Of a DNA stretch of 32,000 bases, positions 17,254 to 25,962 are shown piece after piece. This DNA comes from Archaeoglobus fulgidus DSM 4304 (GTDB lineage Archaea; Halobacteriota; Archaeoglobi; Archaeoglobales; Archaeoglobaceae). A program made the position numbers and the translations under genes. The notes under the pieces were generated by a model. It worked only from the letters and a program-made list of their open reading frames with translations, was not told the DNA's origin and did no database searches. Positions within the stretch are counted from its first letter, which is position 1. Each line of letters starts with the position of its first letter. The stretch spans positions 1,320,001 to 1,352,000 of the forward strand of contig NC_000917.1 in assembly GCF_000008665.1 (NCBI RefSeq), in the 5' to 3' direction.

Positions 17254-17304
17254 AGCGAGTTAGGAAGTGGAAAACATTATAAACATAAACGTAAACATAC
17301 ACTT

Positions 17305-17520
17305 ATGCCAACCAAAACGATAACCATAACTCTCGAAGCCTACGAAAGATTGAAAAGAGAAAAAAGAGAGGGAGAGAGCTTCAGCGACGTTATAATCAGG
17401 CTCACAGAGAAAAGGAGAGATTTGCTTGAATTTGCCGGTAAATGGAAAGATTCTGGAGAGGAAATCGAGAAGATAATCTTAGAAGGCAGGAAGGAGTTCG
17501 ATAAACATGTTCTGTCTTGA
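17305..17520 (+). CDS. vapB: VapB-family (DUF217-like) antitoxin
   Basis: MPTKTITITLEAYERLKREKREGESFSDVIIRLTEKR; overlaps PIN toxin gene. Confidence 0.88.
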   Translation: MPTKTITITLEAYERLKREKREGESFSDVIIRLTEKRRDLLEFAGKWKDSGEEIEKIILEGRKEFDKHVLS

Positions 17521-17899
17521 AACCACGTTTCTAATTGATCTGCTGAGAGGGAGAGATGAGGCATTGAAGTTCTACGCAAAAATTAGAGATTCGAAGCTAT
17601 ACACCACGTCCATTTCAGCGTGGGAGCTCCTAAGAGGGCCAAAGCTCATTGGGAAAGATAAAGAATTTGAAGTGGCTGTTGAGCTGCTTGAGAGTCTTGA
17701 TGTTCTTCCGTTCTCTTTCAATTCGGCAAAAATTGCCGTAGAAATTGAAAAAGATTTGAGAGAGAAAGGCATGGAAGTTAATCTAATAGACGTGCTCATT
17801 GCATCTGTTGCAATGGAACACAGTCTTAAACTTGTAACGAGAGATGAGCACTTCAGCAGGATAAAGGGGCTTGAAGTTGAAAGGTATCGCCCCGAATAA
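17507..17899 (+). CDS. vapC: VapC-family PIN-domain toxin
   Basis: CLETTFLIDLLRGRDEALKFYAKI...NSAKIAVEIEKDLREKGMEVNLIDVLIASVAMEHSLKLVTRDEHFSRIKGLEVERY. Confidence 0.9.
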   Translation: MFCLETTFLIDLLRGRDEALKFYAKIRDSKLYTTSISAWELLRGPKLIGKDKEFEVAVELLESLDVLPFSFNSAKIAVEIEKDLREKGMEVNLIDVLIASVAMEHSLKLVTRDEHFSRIKGLEVERYRPE

Positions 17900-18014
17900 T
17901 TTGCGAACAGTTAATGGTGGTTACTGCAATTTCACTTTCTTCATCAATCAAGTTGTAAGTGGTTTCAACGCCTCTGAAGTAATCTATGATGATGCTCGTG
18001 TCAAGAACAATCAT
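17853..18014 (-). pseudogene. Truncated VapC-family toxin (N-terminal remnant, 53 aa)
   Basis: MIVLDTSIIIDYFRGVETTYNLIDEESEIAVTTINCSQIIRG...; ATGA overlap with the 18011-18220 antitoxin; terminates inside the opposing vapC 3' end. Confidence 0.8.
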
Positions 18015-18220
18015 ACCCTGAACCTCGCTGATTTCCTTGCGTTTAAGCTCTTTTCAATTTCATCGAGGACTTCACTGTCCTTCAAAACCCCGAAATACCT
18101 TCTAATGTCTGTTTTCTTTCTTTTCAATAGTTTTTCTATCACATCGCTGAAGCTATCCTCTTCGTCTTTCATTTCAAGAAGCTTCCTGTAAACATCGTCT
18201 CTTATCGAAATAGTTTTCAT
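18011..18220 (-). CDS. vapB: VapB-family antitoxin, orphaned beside a truncated toxin
   Basis: MKTISIRDDVYRKLLEMKDEEDSFSDVIEKLLKRKKTDIRRYFGVLKDSE. Confidence 0.85.
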   Translation of the reverse strand: MKTISIRDDVYRKLLEMKDEEDSFSDVIEKLLKRKKTDIRRYFGVLKDSEVLDEIEKSLNARKSARFRV

Positions 18221-18223
18221 GCA

Positions 18224-18600
18224 TTAATATATGCATACACGAATAAATATATATCTTTTCTGATGTTGGACAAAACCATTGAGTAGAGAGAGTACTTTAA
18301 TAAAACTTTGCCAAGTCACCCACAGGAATTCTGGAATCTTTGCCCCTTTCGACGATCTTCTGAACCTTTGAATGCCAAGAAATGCAAGAACAACTACGCC
18401 TGCATCAAGGGAGTAGGAGGTCGAAAAAGTTACAACACTTAAGCAAATTTTGGCTCTCCTTTCAAGTTCGCTCGTGTCCACATCCTGACGCTGGTATCAA
18501 GGCATATCATCCGAGTTCCTCCGCAATTTTCCTGTTAATCTAATTGAGATAACCGCCTCAGCAGTTTCCTTACTGAATTTTCCTGAAAACTCCTTTAATG
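18224..18600 (-). pseudogene. Possible further degraded vapBC-type module
   Basis: MICLDTSV start of a PIN-like ORF followed by rapid stop; adjacent frame VDTSELERRAKICLS...YSLDAGVVVLAFLGIQRFRR resembles a scrambled PIN C-terminus. Confidence 0.35.
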
Positions 18601-18675
18601 ATTTCCCGGCTTTCATAACTTCACCGGAAATAAATCCCGATAAAGAGTGCAAATACCTTCCACCATCCCATAAAC

Positions 18676-21405
18676 TCAGCCCCTCTCAAGCTCAATCCAG
18701 AAAATGCTGCCTTCTCCCGGCTTCGACCTCACCCCATATCTGCCTCCCATAACCTCCATGGCCTTTTTGACAATCGCCAAACCAACTCCAGTTCCGGGAT
18801 AAACCTCCTCGCCATGAAGCCTTTCGAAGATGTTGAAGATTTTCTCGTGATACTCTTCAGGAATGCCTATGCCGTTGTCCTTAACGTAAACTCTCACCTT
18901 CCCGTTGACATCTTCAGCCCACACCTTAACCTCTGGCCTCACCCCCTCCTCAACAAACTTGATGGCATTGCTTATCAGGTTGAGCATTACCGTAAAGAGG
19001 AGCTTCCTGTCCCCCTTCACCGCTGGAAGCTTTTCAATTTCAATAACAGCGGACTTCCCCCTTATCTCATCCTTAAGGTAATCGAGCACGTCCTCAACAA
19101 TCAGATTGAGGTCAACCCTTCTAACCTCAGCCTTTGCCTTGGAAACCCTCGCATACTCAAGCAGGTCGTTGATGAGGCCATCCATCTTTTCCGTTAGAGC
19201 TTTAAGCCTCGAAAGGTAGAACCTCGCATCCTCTTCAAGCTTCTCCCCGTAATCCTCAACAAGTGCTGAAACATACCCCTGCAAATTCCTCAATGGAGCC
19301 CTCAAATCGTGTGAAATTGCATGGACATAAGCCTCAAGCTCTTCGTTGGCTTTCCTAAGCTCCTCAAGAGTTTGCTTAAGCTTCTCCTCAGCCATCTTCC
19401 TGTCGGTTATGTCAATCATCGCCCCAACAATCCTCACAAGGTTCCCCTTCTCGTCGTAAATGGGTGCTGGAGAGACGAGAACATGGAACCTCGACCCATC
19501 CTTTTTCACAAGCTCGGCCTCAACAACATCCCCATAGAGCTTGTGCTCTTTATGCAGTCTTATCCTCTCAGCCAGCCATTCCCTTTGTTCGGGAGCAATC
19601 GGGTCGAACATCGTCATCTTTCCAACAACCTCATCTCTCGAATAACCTGACATTTCAAGAAGGCGGTCGTTGACGAATCTGAAGACACCATTGCTATCAG
19701 CCTCCCAGAAGGCAACGATTGGCGACTCAACAAGCAGTCTGTATCTTTTTTCGCTTTCCGCAAGCTGTTTCGTTCTCTCCTCGACAAGTTTTTCCAGTTC
19801 CTGAGTGTATTTTTCGAGTTCCTGTCTCATTTTTTCTCTTTCTGTAATATCAACCGATACCCCGACAATTGCGGGTTTACCCCTCAGTATGACTCTTGAG
19901 CCATAGGCGTCGATAATTCTCACTTCACCACTCTTAGTCAGAACTCTGAGTCTGTAATTGACATGATTCTTTTCACCAAGAATTCTGGCTCTGTAATTCC
20001 TTTCAAATTTTTCCCTGTCATCCGGGTGGATGAAATCTACTGGACTCTTTCCTATCAGTTCCTCCCTTTCATAGCCCAATATTTCTGCAAACTTTTCGTT
20101 GACATAGACAAAAACCCCCTCTTGAATTATGTCAATGCCCACCTGAGAATGTTCTGCAAGCTTCCTGAACTTTTCCTCACTCTCCTCAAGCTCCTCCCTC
20201 ATCCTCGCACTCCTTATTGCGAGGGCAACAGAATGAGCAACCTCCATCAGAATCTGAATTGTTTCCTCATCAAAGGCATCCTCTTCTTCAGAAGGAACGT
20301 TTATTGAGCCAAGAAGGGAATCTGAAACTATAGGAATGAGGGCGTAGGATTTAATTCCAAGCTCCATCAGCCTCCTCTCTCCCTCCCCCCTGCCTTCAAC
20401 TCTTTTCACCCACGGCTTTCCCTGTGAGAGCGTTTGCATCACCTTTGCCACGTCCTCTCCCGCTATCATCTCACCCTCTCTGAATCCGGGCATCTTTTTG
20501 TCAGTCACAGCCACAACCCTCGCTCTGCCATTCTCGAAAACTGTTATTCCCACCCCCCTTACTGGAAGCATCTCAGCCAGCTTTTCAGCAGTCATCTTCA
20601 GAATCTCTTCAGTTTCATCAGCAGAGAGAATTGCCCTCTCGACCTCATGCAGAAGCAGGTTGGCTTTGTAAAGCCTTTCCAGCCTTCTCTCCATTCTCTT
20701 GAAGTCTGTTATGTCAAATGCGAGATGCACAACCTTTCTCAGCTCTCCGTCAATGAAAATTGGCGTGGTGCTGACCGCATACATTCTGCCAAAAATCTCA
20801 ATCTCCCTCGTCTCTGGTTTATGGTTCCTGAACGTTGCAACACATGGGCAGTTCTCCGCTGGCTCCTCCCTGCCGTGGAAAACTTTATAGCATTTTTTAC
20901 CGATGGCATTCTCTATGCCCTGCTCCCTGAAGATTTTCTGAGCATATCTGTTCGCATGCAAAATCTCAAACTCTGGAGAAATCACCACGATGGGATGGGC
21001 GATTGTCTCGAAGAGGGTGCCAAGCTCGATCTCCATAATCCTTGCGTGCTCTTCAAGCTGTAGTGCTTGCTTTCTCGCCCTCAGAAGAATCTCTATTCTT
21101 GCAAGAAGCTCAAGCTTATCTACTGGCTCAATAATTAGCTCGTCAACTCTCTTCCAGAGGTGTTTCTCCGCAATTTTCAAATCCTTCCTTGTCGTAACAA
21201 GCAGAACTGGCAGAAAAGCTCTGCTTTCAGCCTTAATTCTCTCTATCTCCCTCCACTTCCGCTTAAGCGTAACTCCATCAATAATCAGCAAGTCAAAGTT
21301 ATCCTCCGCTATCTCGTATCTTTTGCCCAGAAAGTCAACGAGCATCTTTCTGTTCTGCTCGTTTGAAATGTCAATTCGAATCCTCATCTCTTCCAACACC
21401 ATCAA
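18676..21405 (-). CDS. Multi-sensor histidine kinase (receiver-like N-terminus, PAS, GAF, PAS, PAS, HisKA, HATPase_c)
   Basis: H-box [20 protein letters not shown]; N-box [15 protein letters not shown]; G-box [28 protein letters not shown]. Confidence 0.93.
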   Translation of the reverse strand: MMVLEEMRIRIDISNEQNRKMLVDFLGKRYEIAEDNFDLLIIDGVTLKRKWREIERIKAESRAFLPVLLVTTRKDLKIAEKHLWKRVDELIIEPVDKLELLARIEILLRARKQALQLEEHARIMEIELGTLFETIAHPIVVISPEFEILHANRYAQKIFREQGIENAIGKKCYKVFHGREEPAENCPCVATFRNHKPETREIEIFGRMYAVSTTPIFIDGELRKVVHLAFDITDFKRMERRLERLYKANLLLHEVERAILSADETEEILKMTAEKLAEMLPVRGVGITVFENGRARVVAVTDKKMPGFREGEMIAGEDVAKVMQTLSQGKPWVKRVEGRGEGERRLMELGIKSYALIPIVSDSLLGSINVPSEEEDAFDEETIQILMEVAHSVALAIRSARMREELEESEEKFRKLAEHSQVGIDIIQEGVFVYVNEKFAEILGYEREELIGKSPVDFIHPDDREKFERNYRARILGEKNHVNYRLRVLTKSGEVRIIDAYGSRVILRGKPAIVGVSVDITEREKMRQELEKYTQELEKLVEERTKQLAESEKRYRLLVESPIVAFWEADSNGVFRFVNDRLLEMSGYSRDEVVGKMTMFDPIAPEQREWLAERIRLHKEHKLYGDVVEAELVKKDGSRFHVLVSPAPIYDEKGNLVRIVGAMIDITDRKMAEEKLKQTLEELRKANEELEAYVHAISHDLRAPLRNLQGYVSALVEDYGEKLEEDARFYLSRLKALTEKMDGLINDLLEYARVSKAKAEVRRVDLNLIVEDVLDYLKDEIRGKSAVIEIEKLPAVKGDRKLLFTVMLNLISNAIKFVEEGVRPEVKVWAEDVNGKVRVYVKDNGIGIPEEYHEKIFNIFERLHGEEVYPGTGVGLAIVKKAMEVMGGRYGVRSKPGEGSIFWIELERG

Positions 21406-21619
21406 TCAAAAAATGCAGTCCAAGGGTTGTTTTCCCGCAGCCCGGCTCTCCCCTTATCAGGTAAGCTCTCCCCTTAACATATCCACCATTGAGAATTTCA
21501 TCAAGGCCGTCAACACCGGATGAAACTCTCATCGTTTATTGTTGCTATTTGAAAATAAAAGATTTTGTGAGGTCACCGAAAGGGAATAATCTTTTAAGTT
21601 TTCTGTCAATTTAGTTCGA

Positions 21620-22831
21620 ATGCCTCTGAAATTCAGGATAAAGCACACTCTCGACAGAATGCGAGTCGGGAAGGTGAAGACGAGGCACGGCAGCTTTGAA
21701 ACTCCCGTCTTCATTCCCGTTGCCACTCTCGCGGCAATAAGGGGTCTGGACAACAGGGACTTGAAGGACATGGGGGTTGAGGTCATTCTGGCCAACACCT
21801 ACCACCTCCACCTCAGGCCGGGTGATGAGCTGATCAAGGAACTTGGAGGGCTGCATAAGTTCATGAACTTTGATGGAGTCATTGTGACCGACTCAGGAGG
21901 ATTTCAGGCCTTCTCCCTCGGCTTTGGAATGGAGCACGGAGTGGGGAAGATTGCAAACAACATCTTCCTTGAGGAGTTGAGGGAGGAAAGGTTGAGGGAA
22001 GCGGAGAACGAGAGGAAAAAGCTTGCAGTTGTTACTGACAGAGGTGTGAGGTTCAAAGACCCCAAGTCTGGCAGGATAGTTGAGCTTACGCCAAAAAAAT
22101 CCATGGAAATTCAGTCCAACCTCGGCTCCGACATAATCTTCGCCTTCGACGAGTGCACTTCCCCGCTCTCAGACAGAGATTATACAGAGAAGGCTCTGGA
22201 ACGCACGCACCGCTGGGCTGAGGAGTGTTTGCAGCACTACGACAGGAGACAGGCTCTCTTCGGCGTTGTGCAGGGAGGAGAGTACAGGGATTTGAGAGAG
22301 AAGTCGGCGAGGTTCATGGCCGAGAGGGACTTTGCGGGCTACGGCATTGGCGGTTCTCTTGGCAAGAGCAAGCAGGATATGCTGAACATCCTCGACTGGG
22401 TTATTCCTCTTCTGCCAGAAGAGAAGCCGAGGCACCTGCTGGGAATTGGGGCCATTGAAGACCTCTTCAACTGCACTGAAAAAGGAGTGGACATGTACGA
22501 CTGCGTAGCTCCAGCAAGATGGGCGAGGAGGGGGCACCTCTACGTCTCTCCAGCAGAAGGAGGGAATGTCAGGAACAAGTTCAGGATTCACATCAAGAAC
22601 GCAGCCTTCAGGATAGACAACAGGCCAGTTGACAGAACCTGCGACTGCCTTGTCTGCCAGAACTACTCCAGAGCCTATCTCAGGCATCTCTACAAGGCAA
22701 ATGAGCTTCTTTACTTCCGCTTGGCAACCTACCACAACATCTACTTTGTCGTTAAGCTGATGGAGAGGATAAGGGAGTCCATTGCAGATGGGAGCTTTTA
22801 TGAGCTGAAGAGAGAGTGGCTTGGATTTTAG
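21620..22831 (+). CDS. tgt: tRNA-guanine transglycosylase, sequence pattern closest to the bacterial/queuine-type family
   Basis: ILANTYHLHLRPGDELIKELGGLHKF, TDSGGFQAFSL, FGVVQGG, GYGIGGSLGKSKQDM, CDCLVCQNYSRAYLRHLYKANELL. Confidence 0.88.
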   Translation: MPLKFRIKHTLDRMRVGKVKTRHGSFETPVFIPVATLAAIRGLDNRDLKDMGVEVILANTYHLHLRPGDELIKELGGLHKFMNFDGVIVTDSGGFQAFSLGFGMEHGVGKIANNIFLEELREERLREAENERKKLAVVTDRGVRFKDPKSGRIVELTPKKSMEIQSNLGSDIIFAFDECTSPLSDRDYTEKALERTHRWAEECLQHYDRRQALFGVVQGGEYRDLREKSARFMAERDFAGYGIGGSLGKSKQDMLNILDWVIPLLPEEKPRHLLGIGAIEDLFNCTEKGVDMYDCVAPARWARRGHLYVSPAEGGNVRNKFRIHIKNAAFRIDNRPVDRTCDCLVCQNYSRAYLRHLYKANELLYFRLATYHNIYFVVKLMERIRESIADGSFYELKREWLGF

Positions 22832-22832
22832 G

Positions 22833-24260
22833 CTATCCCAGAAATCCTCTCAAAATCCCTGCCTCGACAACCAGATTCTTAATATCTCCATCAATTTGCT
22901 TTATTATCTCGTTTGTCTTTTCCAGATGTCTTTCATCAGGCTCATAGCCGAAAAGCTCCTTTGCTCTCTCAAAGTCCATCGAGAGGTCAACAATTTTCAG
23001 GCTCTCAGGATTGAAAAGGCTCATTGCGGATTCCATCATTCCGTCGAAGTTCTTGAAGACCTCGCATACTGCTTCGTAATCCTTGTCGCTCATCTCCGCA
23101 ATTCCGATTATCTCAGACGGCAGGCCGATGGAGTAAAGGCTCGCGCAGAAGGTTATGGCTCTTGGCAACTTAATTTCCTCTCCCCTTGAATATCCGAAAA
23201 GGCCAACGTGAAGCTTTCTCATTCTCCTTCTCGGAATTCTGGAAGAAATCCTGTTGACGATTTCCGCAATCTTGGCGATTCTTCTTCTGTAACCATCTTT
23301 CAGCTTTTCGGCCACCTGAAGGTGTTCCTCGTCAACATAGTCTGACTTCCTCCTTGCTGCTTCCTTAGCCCTCTTTATCGCCCTTCTCACGTCCCCAAAC
23401 TCGTAGTCGTATTTAAAGGCAGATTGGACGGTGAAGGTGTAAACGGACGGGAATTCATCCAGCACACTCAGGTTCTTCGGAGAAAACCCTCCCCTGAAGG
23501 GACACGAGCCAACACCCAAAATAGGATACGTGGAAATCCCGAGCTGTGAAAGGTCGTAAAGAGCCTTTTTGACGTAGATTGTCGCAGCAACAAATCCATA
23601 GTTCATTGCCGGGTCCGACCTCGCAAGAAAAACTCTGAGCTCGTCAAGCTCAGCCCACTCTGCATACCTCTCCGATATTTCTGCTGCTCTCATCAGCGAA
23701 TCCCTGTCTTCAAAGAGCGGAATGACTTTTATCTCCTCCGGCAAAAAATCCCCCAGCCAGTCTGAAACTTTCTCACCCAACAGCTCAAATCGACCCTTAC
23801 CTGCAACAAAATCTCTGTAAAAGGCGTGAACCTTCATAACCTCCTCAGCACTTCTCGTCATCGGCAAAATAACCTCGAAAATAGGTGGATGCTCGATCCC
23901 CAAGCTTCTGACGTAGTCGTAACTGCGAGGAATCATTTCGAGAGTTTCTGCAAGAAGCTTGGCTTCTCCCTTCTCAATCTCGGGATTAGGAACTCTCATC
24001 GTGAGCCTGAAATCTTTGCCAAGTGGTCTGGAGCTGAAAAAGTCGTAGTAGCTGGAAAGAAGTTTTCTCACAATGTGTGCATCTGCCTCCTTCCCCTCGA
24101 AGTCCCACATCTGCTCGTCGCACTTAAAGTGAGAAAAAACGTAGTAAGCCTCTCTTACCTCATCCTCGCCGTTCAACACCTCAGATGCTGCGAAGAAGGG
24201 AATTCTGGCGTTGTCTGGGTGCTGCGTGCTCATCACCCTCGGAACCATGATACGTGCCAA
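22833..24260 (-). CDS. ppcA: Archaeal-type phosphoenolpyruvate carboxylase
   Basis: [20 protein letters not shown]; full-length 475 aa; RREIRIGLFGY-like core [16 protein letters not shown]. Confidence 0.9.
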
Positions 24261-24329
24261 TACGTTTTGATTAAAATACTTACGATTGAAAAAGTATGTA
24301 TCTTAATGATTTTTTAGAGCAAAACACCT

Positions 24330-24600
24330 CATCTGTCGGCACTGCAATATCCCTCTTTTTCTGCAGTTCCAGGTGAAAGCCCAACGCACCAATTAGATCG
24401 CTCAGGGGTCTGATGACGTCCTTAACGTAAATTTCAGCCTTTTCAGCAATGCTGCCAATTTTTTCTCCTGCAACAGTAAACAGTCTTTCTCTAGCTTTTC
24501 CTCAAGCCTTTTAAGCGGCTCTTTTCTGCTTATTTCGTCGAACAAGTCAAGGGAAAAGCTCTATTCCAAACTCTGGCCAATAAAATAAAATAAGGAGCTT
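24330..24600 (-). pseudogene. Frameshifted remnant ORF of unknown function
   Basis: LDLFDEISRKEPLKRLEEKLEKDC in one frame then FTVAGEKIGSIAEKAEIYVKDVIRPLSDLIGALGFHLELQKKRDIAVPTDEVFCS in another. Confidence 0.4.
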
Positions 24601-24602
24601 AA

Positions 24603-25253
24603 TCACCCCTTAACTCTCCCAAAAAGAAGTCCTGCAGCCAGCAGTCCTACTATCGCTAAGGCGGCTTCAAATCCCGGAATTCCGGGAACTTCGCTCTTTG
24701 CATAAATTCTTGTATTAAAAGCACTCGCACCGGTTAAATGCCACTCCGCCTTGTTGTCCTTTACGACATTGGCATTTGACTCCACAATTTTGCCCGGCAT
24801 CTCCAGGTAGTAGTGGAGCGAGAATGAGCTGAGAAGAGCATTACCCAGTTCATTCGAGCTCGTTTGGTTGTTCTCTGAGGCAAAAGACAGGTCCTCGTAA
24901 ATAAGGAAGCCGTTCTCCTTCCTGATTTTAACCTTGTCGTCATCTGCGGGAACGTAATCTCTTGCCTCGATAATTATCGAAACCTGATCCCCAGACCACA
25001 CCTCGTCGTAAGATACTTTATCCCTCATCTCTTCAGGTATTTCACTAAGGAAGGACTCTCTCAGCGACTCATAACCCTCCTTTTTTGCACCTTCAGCCAG
25101 CAGTCCGTAAACAAAGGAGCTCGTGTTGATAACCAGTTTGTAGCTCTCAACGCTTCCGTCCTTGTTTACCTTGGAATGAACACTTAGCGTTGCGCAACCG
25201 CTAAGAACCACTGCCAATCCTACAAGCAAGAATAGAATCATCAGCCTCCTCAT
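24603..25253 (-). CDS. Lipobox-containing surface protein with PGF-CTERM-like C-terminal sorting signal
   Basis: MRRLMILFLLVGLAVVLSGCATLSV N-terminus; C-terminus IPGFEAALAIVGLLAAGLLFGRVKG; ORF track start at 25301 probably too long. Confidence 0.75.
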   Translation of the reverse strand: MRRLMILFLLVGLAVVLSGCATLSVHSKVNKDGSVESYKLVINTSSFVYGLLAEGAKKEGYESLRESFLSEIPEEMRDKVSYDEVWSGDQVSIIIEARDYVPADDDKVKIRKENGFLIYEDLSFASENNQTSSNELGNALLSSFSLHYYLEMPGKIVESNANVVKDNKAEWHLTGASAFNTRIYAKSEVPGIPGFEAALAIVGLLAAGLLFGRVKG

Positions 25254-25308
25254 ATCGCTCATTTTACCTTGAAAAATTAAACTTTGCGATTTAAGGAACA
25301 ATATTGCA

Positions 25309-25381
25309 AGCCGCCGGCGGGATTTGAACCCGCGACCTGGTGATTACGAATCACCCGCTCTGCCAGCTGAGCCACGGCGGC
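25309..25381 (-). tRNA. tRNA-Thr (anticodon CGT)
   Basis: Minus strand GCCGCCG..GGTGA-TTCGTAA-TCACC..GCGGG-TTCAAAT-CCCGC-CGGCGGC; CCA not encoded. Confidence 0.95.
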
Positions 25382-25417
25382 TCATCAGCCTTTAAACCGC
25401 TGGTATTAAAAATTTTG

Positions 25418-25942
25418 CTAATCCCTGCTAGCAGCCTTTTTCAGCCTTTCCACTCCGCCTATCTCGTCGATTATTGCTGCAACCTTTTTGGGGACGAGCT
25501 CTCTCCAGTTCCCATCTTCGAGCATGAGTTTTCTGATGTAGCTGCCCCTGTAGAGGTTTCTGTCAAATTCGGGGGGAGCAATAACCTCCAGTCCAGCGTC
25601 GTGGAAAACCTGAGCTATAACGGGATTTCTCGTTATTATCGAATCCACTTTCGGAACGAGGTTTATTATGTAAAAAGCGTGGCCAACGTACACGCTCATC
25701 GTTGGAACAGTCGCGGTTATAATTCTGCTTAAATCAACTCCCTCATCTTTCAAAGCCTCTCTCATCATCCAGATTCTCTCTCCTGCCGTGAATGGATTGA
25801 GGACTGTGTGACTTTCATTGGCCATACCAACCAGCAGAACCAGCTCATCGAACTTTTCAAGTGCCCATTTCGTGACCTTAAGATGGCCGAGGTGGAAGGG
25901 CTGAAACCTGCCAAATATCAGGGCCCTCAATGGTCTGGCCAT
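25418..25942 (-). CDS. nadM: Nicotinamide-nucleotide adenylyltransferase
   Basis: ALIFGRFQPFHLGHLKV nucleotidyltransferase motif; GNRNLYRGSYIR-like YRGSYIRKLM. Confidence 0.9.
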   Translation of the reverse strand: MARPLRALIFGRFQPFHLGHLKVTKWALEKFDELVLLVGMANESHTVLNPFTAGERIWMMREALKDEGVDLSRIITATVPTMSVYVGHAFYIINLVPKVDSIITRNPVIAQVFHDAGLEVIAPPEFDRNLYRGSYIRKLMLEDGNWRELVPKKVAAIIDEIGGVERLKKAASRD

Positions 25943-25962
25943 GAAATAAATAGGTAGAAAGT

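Noticed and set aside
20434-21063. 209-aa plus-strand ORF opposite the multi-sensor kinase
   Set aside because: Antisense shadow ORF, no domain.
22169-22735. 188-aa minus-strand ORF opposite tgt
   Set aside because: Antisense shadow ORF with no family features.
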